A DNA stretch of 32,000 nt. Source: Promethearchaeota archaeon (lineage in GTDB: Archaea > Asgardarchaeota > Thorarchaeia > Thorarchaeales > Thorarchaeaceae). A program made the position numbers and the translations under genes. Numbering within the stretch: the stretch's first letter is position 1; the number at the start of each line of letters is the position of its first letter. The notes under the pieces were generated by a model. The model saw only the letters and a program-made list of their open reading frames with translations, was not told the origin of the DNA and did no database searches. Positions 7,449 through 14,221 of the stretch are shown piece after piece. The stretch is taken from positions 73,936 through 105,935 of the forward strand of contig JALVPN010000110.1 in the NCBI GenBank assembly GCA_027031765.1. Reading direction: 5' to 3'.

Positions 7449-8786
7449 TTGTACACTGTGCCTGATGCGGAGCAGCTCGTAGGAATGGAGCTCTACACCA
7501 CTGGCATTCCGGGTTTCGGTGGCCATCTAAAACGCAGGTTCGATGACTTTGTTGTGGAGGAAATCCCCACAGGCGGCCCACGCCTCTCAGTGAGGCCTTG
7601 GGAGCCCCGGCCGTGTGGTCCACCAGCGGGTGACCCAAAGGCCCGCTATGTCCACTTCACACTACAGAAACGTGGCCTCTCCACGCTGGACGTAGCAATG
7701 ATCCTCGCCTCGGAGTTGGGAATACCACATCATCTGGTGATGTATGCGGGGATAAAGGACAAGCGGGCGGTCACCGTCCAGCGTATGTGTGTCCCTGCAC
7801 GCTGTGCGGCGCAGCTCGTACAGTTACGGCTCCCCAATATCATGGTGTCTGACCCGTGCTATTCGAGGACACCCCTGCGGAGCGGCGACCTCTGGGGGAA
7901 CCACTTCAGGATTCGCGTCCGGGGCATTGAGGTACCGTGTTCGGAAGCACTGCAATGCGTTGAGGCCCTCCGTGATGTCCCTCTGCTGAACTACTACGGA
8001 GTACAGAGGTTCGGCGTGACCCGTCCGTACACCCACCTTGTTGGTAAGGCTTTGGTGCTCCGTGACTACGAGGCTGCAGTCAGGGCAATGCTCACGACCA
8101 CGAACAGTTTCGAGCCACCAGGGCTCACCGATGTGCGTCTGCGTCTGAGTGAGAGACTTGCCCCTACCGAGAGCATGCTCGCGGTCTTTCCCAAGGACAT
8201 GCGGCACGAACGTACAGTCCTCCACTACCTGATACGGCATCCTGGTGCATTCGAAAAGGCACTACGGCGGATACCCTCCCGCATCCGTACCCTTTTTGTA
8301 CACTCGTACCAGTCGTTCCTGTTCAACCGGATTATCAGCCGTCGTGCAGCCGTCGGAGCACCACTTGTCCAGCCTGTGCCCGGCGACTTCATTGTGGAAG
8401 CACGACGTGCACATGCCGGCCGTGACTCTTGGAGGCTTGTAACAGACCAGTCCCTTGAGGAGTGCAGGTCTCTTGTGTTGTCTGGCGACTATGTGCTTGC
8501 CGCACCGGTGCCAGGCTACGCGACAAAGCTCCCGCCATCATGGCAGTCCGACATGGTGCGAGAAGTCCTTGATGAGGAGGGCATATTACTGGCACAGTTC
8601 CATAACTCACGGTACCGTGCCCATGACACCCCGGGAGGCCTCCATCCAGTCACCATGCGTCCCGAGCACATGGTGTCCTACTGTGAAGGGGATGTCCTCG
8701 TGGTCGAGTTCGCTCTCCAGAAGGGCTCCTACGCAACAGTTGTGTTACGCGAGCTGATGAAGAACCATCCGGTAAACCGTGTATGA
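7449..8786 (+). CDS. truD: tRNA pseudouridine(13) synthase TruD
   Basis: DFVVEE, YAGIKDKRAVTVQR, GDLWGNHFRI, NYYGVQRFG, LFVHSYQSFLFNRIIS and FALQKGSYATVVLRELMK; TTG start. Confidence 0.95.
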   Translation: MYTVPDAEQLVGMELYTTGIPGFGGHLKRRFDDFVVEEIPTGGPRLSVRPWEPRPCGPPAGDPKARYVHFTLQKRGLSTLDVAMILASELGIPHHLVMYAGIKDKRAVTVQRMCVPARCAAQLVQLRLPNIMVSDPCYSRTPLRSGDLWGNHFRIRVRGIEVPCSEALQCVEALRDVPLLNYYGVQRFGVTRPYTHLVGKALVLRDYEAAVRAMLTTTNSFEPPGLTDVRLRLSERLAPTESMLAVFPKDMRHERTVLHYLIRHPGAFEKALRRIPSRIRTLFVHSYQSFLFNRIISRRAAVGAPLVQPVPGDFIVEARRAHAGRDSWRLVTDQSLEECRSLVLSGDYVLAAPVPGYATKLPPSWQSDMVREVLDEEGILLAQFHNSRYRAHDTPGGLHPVTMRPEHMVSYCEGDVLVVEFALQKGSYATVVLRELMKNHPVNRV

Positions 8787-8787
8787 C

Positions 8788-9378
8788 TCACATCCGTCTC
8801 CTACGTCTTGGGCCGAACTGACGCAGCCTCTCTTCAAACTCGTCCGGCACCTCCTCCTCTTCCTTCTTGACACGGTCACTCTCATACTCGAAGAGCACGG
8901 GCTGTCCAGTCACACCCGAAACAATCTGCCGCAGCTCCTCCTTCGTGAACCGGATCCTGTCACGGTCAATGTCCCGGAGCATTACTATGCTCTCCTTCGT
9001 GCCGTCCGGGAGGTAGAGGCTGTTGATGCCCATCTCAACCGCTGGTGCAATGAGGTGTCTGACAAATGCCCTGAGTTTCACGGGCCCCTCGACAATCATG
9101 ACCTCGCCGAAGGCCTCGCTCATCTCGTCAAGCAGTCCGGTAGCGTCCTCTAGGAGGCTGGTCTGTCCTCTCCTCACAAGCAGCACAAGGTATCTGGTCA
9201 CCCGGATTGCCCTCATGAGGTGCAGGTCTGCTAGCGACGGGTACTGTCTTGCTCGTCCAAGCAGCCACTTACTGAACTCGATGTCGAACTCGTTTATCTC
9301 CCCGTTGTCAAGGCGCTCCTGACAACTCGGGCACAGCATGTTTGACTCGATGTCGAAGATACAGACTGGTAGTCGCAT
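8788..9378 (-). CDS. Archaeal NusA-like KH-domain protein with N-terminal Cys motif
   Basis: MRLPVCIFDIESNMLCPSCQERLDNGEINEFDIEFS resembles the N-terminus of the archaeal NusA-like family; often found next to alba. Confidence 0.75.
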   Translation of the reverse strand: MRLPVCIFDIESNMLCPSCQERLDNGEINEFDIEFSKWLLGRARQYPSLADLHLMRAIRVTRYLVLLVRRGQTSLLEDATGLLDEMSEAFGEVMIVEGPVKLRAFVRHLIAPAVEMGINSLYLPDGTKESIVMLRDIDRDRIRFTKEELRQIVSGVTGQPVLFEYESDRVKKEEEEVPDEFEERLRQFGPRRRRRM

Positions 9379-9385
9379 GTGTTGT

Positions 9386-9435
9386 TCCTCGCCAGCATAT
9401 GAAGCCTCCAGCAGAGTCCGGGCTTCGGGCGAGGA
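9386..9435 (-). promoter_or_regulatory. Intergenic hairpin covering the ribosome-binding site of the NusA-like gene
   Basis: TCCTCGCC/GGCGAGGA (8 bp) and GAAGCC/GGCTTC (6 bp) form nested perfect stems; the GAGGA just upstream of the ATG is in the stem. Confidence 0.5.
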
Positions 9436-9454
9436 CCTGTCAATGTGTTCTAGC

Positions 9455-9763
9455 TCATCTCGACAGCGTGATGTCTATGGTCGACACGTTCAGCTCGCTG
9501 CCCTTGTCGGTCTGGACAGTGGTGGTACCAATCTCAATGCTCTTCACTTTGAGGTCGGTGATGAACCTGTGGCGCGTTATCTCTGCGACGTCCACTGCTC
9601 TACTGATGAGACGTCCTCTGGCCTTTATTACGACCTCCTGAGCACCCTGGTTGAACAGGGTAACGCAAGCGAGGACGTATGACATGACGTTCTTGTTGCC
9701 GACCAGGATCACGGCGTCACTATTCTCCACATTGTCACTGCTGTCAGTCTTTTCCTCCGTCAC
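9455..9763 (-). CDS. albA: DNA/RNA-binding protein Alba
   Basis: [33 protein letters not shown] and VSTIDITL; probable GTG start at 9763 (the ORF track extends to 9793). Confidence 0.95.
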   Translation of the reverse strand: MTEEKTDSSDNVENSDAVILVGNKNVMSYVLACVTLFNQGAQEVVIKARGRLISRAVDVAEITRHRFITDLKVKSIEIGTTTVQTDKGSELNVSTIDITLSR

Positions 9764-9982
9764 CCGAAGTCTCTCCGCCAGCCATAGCTTCAATCGCTTT
9801 GTGTTTGCGGTTGCTCCTTCTGATATAGGTTACGGTCAGAGGCGGCAGTGTACATGTCGGTACACACCAATGCGTGTGGCCACTCACGTCACATCCTCGG
9901 ACACATGCGGGCCTCTTCTGGCGCCACATTCACAAGCTTTTTCTCCACACAGACGGCCACTCATTGAAGGAAGCAAGGTTCA

Positions 9983-11251
9983 ATGGTTCAACTGACATTC
10001 CTAGGTTCGTGTCAGGAGATTGGGCGTTCGGGGTTCCTTGTGACCGGCCACGATGAGAGCATCCTCGTCGACTACGGTGTCAAGTTCCAGAACCCTGTCG
10101 GTCTGCCCGTTCCCATCAGCACAGATGACCTCCAAGGAGTCATTCTGACACATGCACACCTCGACCACTCAGGTGCAGTCCCACAGGTGCTCAGCGATTC
10201 GGATGTCGTTTCGCTGTTCTGCACCCCCGCCACCCGAGACCTCACAGCACTACTGCTCCATGACATGTTCAAGGTCACAACAAGCCCTCTGCCTTACGCT
10301 CACCACGATATACGGCGCGTCTTTGACCAGTGTCAGCCCACTGCCTACGAGGACACGTTGCCATTGGGGAGAGAGTTTGAGATGACCCTGTTCAATGCGG
10401 GTCATATCCCCGGTAGCGCCATGGTGTCCCTCAGCATCGACGGCCGCAGAATCCTCTTCACCGGTGACTTCAATGCCCTCCCCTCCCGTCTACATGCCGG
10501 GGTGCGCCTGAACCTCCCAAGGCACGATGTGGTCGTCACCGAGAGCACATACGCACGCCGTGTGAACCCACCACGCGAGGAGATCGAAAGGGCACTGGTG
10601 GCCAGTATCATTGACACGATGGACCGTGGTGGTGTTGCCCTCATCCCGGCATTTGCGGTGGGCCGCTCGCAGGAGATAATGTGCATTCTGGAACAGTACG
10701 GGATCACACGAGACTATCCAGTATACGTTGATGGTCTTGCCCGTGATGTCAACGAGATTGTTATGCAGCACCCGAACTACATTGCATGCCCTCGCGAGTT
10801 CGAACGCGCTGTCAGACACACGCGCCTGATCCATGACAGCCGTGACAGGCACCGGGTCATCCACAAGGGCGGGGTGATAATCTCACCGGCCGGGATGCTC
10901 AAGGGCGGGGCCTCCAAGATGCTCTTTGAGAACCTCTACGATGACCCGTCCAACACAATCATCCTTGTGAGCTTCCAGATCCCGGGCACTCCGGGTGCGG
11001 AGCTCTTGTCGACTAGGCAGGTCACACTGAACCGGAGGGTGCTCCGTGTCAGGGCAGAAGTGCGGTACCATCACCTGAGCAGCCATTCGGACACAAACGG
11101 CCTGATGGAGCTGCTCATGCGGGTCCCCGGAGACCCGGAGTTCTACGTCGTCCATGGAGAACCAGAATCGTGTGATGCCCTAGCCCAGGCCCTTACAGAC
11201 AGTGGGCACCAGGCCTATGTGCCTGAGATGGGGGACTCATTCGAAGTCTAG
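9983..11251 (+). CDS. MBL-fold beta-CASP ribonuclease without KH domains (aCPSF2/aCPSF1b-like)
   Basis: FLGSCQEIGRS, HAHLDH, AGHIPGS, TGDF, ESTY, PAFAVGRSQE, SSHSD and VHGE: all catalytic motifs are present. Confidence 0.9.
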   Translation: MVQLTFLGSCQEIGRSGFLVTGHDESILVDYGVKFQNPVGLPVPISTDDLQGVILTHAHLDHSGAVPQVLSDSDVVSLFCTPATRDLTALLLHDMFKVTTSPLPYAHHDIRRVFDQCQPTAYEDTLPLGREFEMTLFNAGHIPGSAMVSLSIDGRRILFTGDFNALPSRLHAGVRLNLPRHDVVVTESTYARRVNPPREEIERALVASIIDTMDRGGVALIPAFAVGRSQEIMCILEQYGITRDYPVYVDGLARDVNEIVMQHPNYIACPREFERAVRHTRLIHDSRDRHRVIHKGGVIISPAGMLKGGASKMLFENLYDDPSNTIILVSFQIPGTPGAELLSTRQVTLNRRVLRVRAEVRYHHLSSHSDTNGLMELLMRVPGDPEFYVVHGEPESCDALAQALTDSGHQAYVPEMGDSFEV

Positions 11252-11275
11252 CCGACCTGCAGCCCGTTGGATGTG

Positions 11276-11488
11276 CTAGGCCCCCTCCTCTGGCCTTGCC
11301 TCCTTGACCTCGCACTGGACGCGTTGTAGGATGCTCTCTGCCTGCTGGGGACTCGTCACAAGCGTGTAGAGGTACCGCCTTGTGCGGAGCTTCAGCTTCA
11401 CCTGTCCCTTTACCCGCCTGACACGGCACTCCGTTGCATCCGCGCTCATCTCAATGAACCTGTCAACATCCGTAATCTGTCTTGGCAT
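11276..11488 (-). CDS. rpl38e: 50S ribosomal protein L38e
   Basis: True start is ATG at 11488 (the ORF-track extension runs through the tRNA). MPRQITDVDRFIEMS...CRVRRVKGQVKLKLRTRRYLYTLV matches eL38 (MPR.I.....F...VK.K.R..RYLYTLV). Confidence 0.85.
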   Translation of the reverse strand: MPRQITDVDRFIEMSADATECRVRRVKGQVKLKLRTRRYLYTLVTSPQQAESILQRVQCEVKEARPEEGA

Positions 11489-11519
11489 TTTTTGCCCCTC
11501 TTCTCTCAGGCTCGTCAGT

Positions 11520-11596
11520 TGGTGGGCCGGGGGAGACTCGAACTCCCGATATCCTCCGCGTGAGGGAGGCATCATAGCCAACTAGATCACCGGCCC
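11520..11596 (-). tRNA. tRNA-Val(CAC), intronless, CCA encoded
   Basis: GGGCCGG TG ATCTAGTTGGCTATGAT G CCTCC CTCACGC GGAGG ATATC GGGAG TTCGAGT CTCCC CCGGCCC A CCA forms a full cloverleaf with anticodon CAC. Confidence 0.96.
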
Positions 11597-11631
11597 ACAC
11601 GTTGGCATGGCATAGATGTCAGTTGCATGCA

Positions 11632-11787
11632 CTACTTCTTGCGCCTCTTTGGCCTGAGGTCCTTGTGGCCGCACTTCCTGCACTTCTTTGCCTTTTCGGG
11701 GTTTGTGGCCCCACAGTAGCGGCAAATCGACTTATGGAGCAGGTAGTATTGGGCGAGCCTTCGTCTCTCAATGTCAGCAACTGGCAT
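11632..11787 (-). CDS. rpl40e: 50S ribosomal protein L40e
   Basis: Too short for the ORF track. Manual translation gives [51 protein letters not shown] (C4 zinc finger, LRPK tail); GAGGT ribosome-binding site upstream. Confidence 0.95.
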   Translation of the reverse strand: MPVADIERRRLAQYYLLHKSICRYCGATNPEKAKKCRKCGHKDLRPKRRKK

Positions 11788-11889
11788 CAATACGACCTCG
11801 TCAACTGCTGGCGGACCATAGTATGTCCTGTGAAGCCCGCTACAGTCACCCCTTCCACCGCCGTTTTAAGTTTAACTCTGTCCCCATTG

Positions 11890-12125
11890 CTCCCCAGCTG
11901 CCATGTCGCTGTGCTGTTTCTAACTGCGGTGGGGCCTCGACGGGGGGAGGTGTCCAACAGCCGTCTGCCCAGCATGTCCCGGCAAATCCATATGATTGGG
12001 GTCAGACCGGGCAGCCCGGCAGGGCAGTACTGGGGGTCTGCACCATACCAGCAAGGCAGGTCTTGTTGCGACCACCGACATGGGGTGGGACAGGGACTGC
12101 TAGACTGTCCGTAGTGGGCTGGGAG
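11890..12125. ncRNA. Candidate structured non-coding RNA, family unidentified
   Basis: About 270-bp spacer between sucD and the rpl40e promoter with no credible CDS. Nested complementary pairs: 11890-11898/12118-12125, 11901-11908/12076-12083, 11913-11918/11956-11961, 12003-12008/12035-12040 and 12088-12093/12105-12110. An AT box TTTTAAGTTTAA lies at 11864-11875. Confidence 0.35.
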
Positions 12126-12135
12126 ATACGCCTGC

Positions 12136-13005
12136 TCAAAGCATGTCCTTGAGCAGCCTCGCGACATCGCTGGGCCGGTCGGCGACTGGCACGTCAGCGT
12201 CATTGAATGCCTGGATCTTGGCTGCGGCAGTGCCACTGCTGCCACTGATGATTGCGCCTGCGTGCCCCATGCGCTTACCCGGTGGGGCAGTCCTCCCTGC
12301 AATGAACGCCACCACAGGCATGTTGATATGTTCCTTTATGTAGGTCGCGGCCCTCTCCTCAGCGTCGCCACCAATCTCTCCCACAAGGACGAGTGCTCTC
12401 GTGTCGCTGTCTTGCTGGAACAGTCTGATGGCCTCCACAGGCGTCAGCCCCACACACGGGTCACCACCAAGTCCGATTGCGGTGGATATCCCGATACCCG
12501 CATTGGTCATCCCTGCTGCAATCTCGTATGTGAGCGTCCCGCTCCTTGACATCAGTCCGACCACTCCGTCCATGAATACATGGCCTGGCATGATCCCGAG
12601 CTTCTGGCGTGCGCCCGGGGTGATGATGCCGGGAGTGTTTGGCCCGATGATGGTGACGCCTCTCCGACGTGCGGTGTGGATCACTCGCATCTCGTCTTGG
12701 ACAGGCACATGCTCCGTGATTATCACAACCGGGTCGAGCCCGGCAGCAATCGCTTCGAGTGCAGCGTCCCCCGCAAACGGCGCCGGCACAAAGATGACCG
12801 ATGCTGTGGCGTCGTGCTCTTCTTTTGCTTGCCGCACACTGTCGTAGACCGGTACCCCATTGACCTCTGCCCCTCCCTTTCCTGGCGTCACTCCCGCAAC
12901 CACACGGGTGCCGTACTCAAGCATTGCAGCCGAGTGGAATGTCCCCTGGCTACCAGTAATACCTTGGATGATGACGCGAGTGTCCTTGTCCACAAGCACA
13001 GCCAT
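12136..13005 (-). CDS. sucD: Succinyl-CoA synthetase alpha subunit
   Basis: RVIIQGITGSQGTFH, GVTPGKGG, IIGPNTPGII, SRSGTLTYE, GEIGG and RMGHAGAII (phospho-His). Confidence 0.97.
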   Translation of the reverse strand: MAVLVDKDTRVIIQGITGSQGTFHSAAMLEYGTRVVAGVTPGKGGAEVNGVPVYDSVRQAKEEHDATASVIFVPAPFAGDAALEAIAAGLDPVVIITEHVPVQDEMRVIHTARRRGVTIIGPNTPGIITPGARQKLGIMPGHVFMDGVVGLMSRSGTLTYEIAAGMTNAGIGISTAIGLGGDPCVGLTPVEAIRLFQQDSDTRALVLVGEIGGDAEERAATYIKEHINMPVVAFIAGRTAPPGKRMGHAGAIISGSSGTAAAKIQAFNDADVPVADRPSDVARLLKDML

Positions 13006-13006
13006 T

Positions 13007-14152
13007 TCATGCCGCCTCCTTCACCAGTTCTACGACTTTCGCCGCTGCTTCCTCCATTGTCTTCAGGAACGGAATCCCTGCCTCTTGGAGTATCCGCTGT
13101 CCCTCCTCCTCGTTAGTGCCCACCATCCGTATGACTAGTGGTACCTTTACGTCGCCGTCCTCACGTGCGGAAACAATCCCCTTTGCCACCTCGTCGCACC
13201 TGGTGATGCCACCCATTATGTTCACGAGGATTGCCTTGACCTTCGGGTACATCATTGCAATCTCGATGCCCTTCTCTACCCGCTTGGCATCGGCGCCGCC
13301 CCCGAGGTCGAGGAACGTGCTGGCCCTGCCACCGTGGAGCGCGACCGCATCCAGTGTGGCCATTGTCAGGCCCGCACCGTTGCAGATGCATGCTATATCA
13401 CCGTCCAGCTCCACATAGGCCATGTCGTGCTCTGCCGCGAGCCGTTCGCGTTCGTTCTGTTCGACAGGAGCACGTCTGAGGGCCTCGACCAGGTCTTTGT
13501 GCCGGTAGAGGGCATTGTCATCGATGTTGAGACGCGCGTCTGCTGCAAGGAACCGCCCGTCCTCGGTCAGGATTAACGGGTTGATCTCGGTGAGCTCGAC
13601 ATCGTACTGTGTTACAATTCTCCAGAGCTTCACGAAGAAGGATGCAAGCCCGTGGATCTGCTTGCCCCTGAAGCCCATCGCAATGGCTATCTCTCTGGCC
13701 TCGAAGGGCTGGAGTCCTAGGTCTGGGTCGACATACCTCTTGATGATCTTCTCAGGGCTCTCCTCGGCAAGCTCCTCTATAGACATGCCCCCTGCTGCGC
13801 TCCCTATCACCACGTACTTCCGTTCATTGCGGTCGACGGTTATCCCAACATATATCTCCTGCCTGATGTTGAGCTTTTCCTCCACGAGCACTGTCTCGAC
13901 GGGCAGGTCGTTGATACGCATGGCGAGGATCTGCTCAGCAACAGATGCAGCTCGTTCGGGCGTGTCTGCAAAACGTACTCCGCCAGCCTTTCCGCGTTTT
14001 CCTGTCAGGACCTGTGCCTTTACCACCACTGGCCTCCCAATCTCTGCAGCCCTCTCTCTTGCCTCGTCGGGCGTCCGGGCCACACCACTCGGAGGCGTGG
14101 GGATGGCGAACTTGCGGAAAATCTCTTTGGCCTCATGCTCAAACAGTTTCAT
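13007..14152 (-). CDS. sucC: Succinyl-CoA synthetase beta subunit
   Basis: MKLFEHEAKEIF, VVKAQVLTGKRGKAGGV, EINPL, DARLNIDDNALYRH, NGAGLTMATLD and FLDLGGGA; probable start at 14152. Confidence 0.97.
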   Translation of the reverse strand: MKLFEHEAKEIFRKFAIPTPPSGVARTPDEARERAAEIGRPVVVKAQVLTGKRGKAGGVRFADTPERAASVAEQILAMRINDLPVETVLVEEKLNIRQEIYVGITVDRNERKYVVIGSAAGGMSIEELAEESPEKIIKRYVDPDLGLQPFEAREIAIAMGFRGKQIHGLASFFVKLWRIVTQYDVELTEINPLILTEDGRFLAADARLNIDDNALYRHKDLVEALRRAPVEQNERERLAAEHDMAYVELDGDIACICNGAGLTMATLDAVALHGGRASTFLDLGGGADAKRVEKGIEIAMMYPKVKAILVNIMGGITRCDEVAKGIVSAREDGDVKVPLVIRMVGTNEEEGQRILQEAGIPFLKTMEEAAAKVVELVKEAA

Positions 14153-14221
14153 GTTCCTCACCGCAGGCTCCGGGCCTATTCGAGTCCGGCAATGGCGGCC
14201 TCAGTTGTCGTCAATAAAAGC

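Noticed and set aside
11489-11581. N-terminal extension of eL38 (MAMMPPSRGGYREFESPP...)
   Set aside because: It is the tRNA-Val sequence read as protein.
11890-12125. RNase P RNA or SRP (7S) RNA
   Set aside because: The P4 consensus strands (GAGGAA..., A.A.AA...GGCUUA) and the SRP helix-8 motif are not present on either strand; CAGCCCGGCAGGGCAG is only a superficial match. Kept as an unassigned candidate.
11602-12302. ORFs 11602-12114(+), 11688-12152(+) and 11787-12302(-)
   Set aside because: They overlap rpl40e or sucD, show no family motifs, and have the Pro/Cys/Arg-rich composition typical of GC-rich non-coding DNA.
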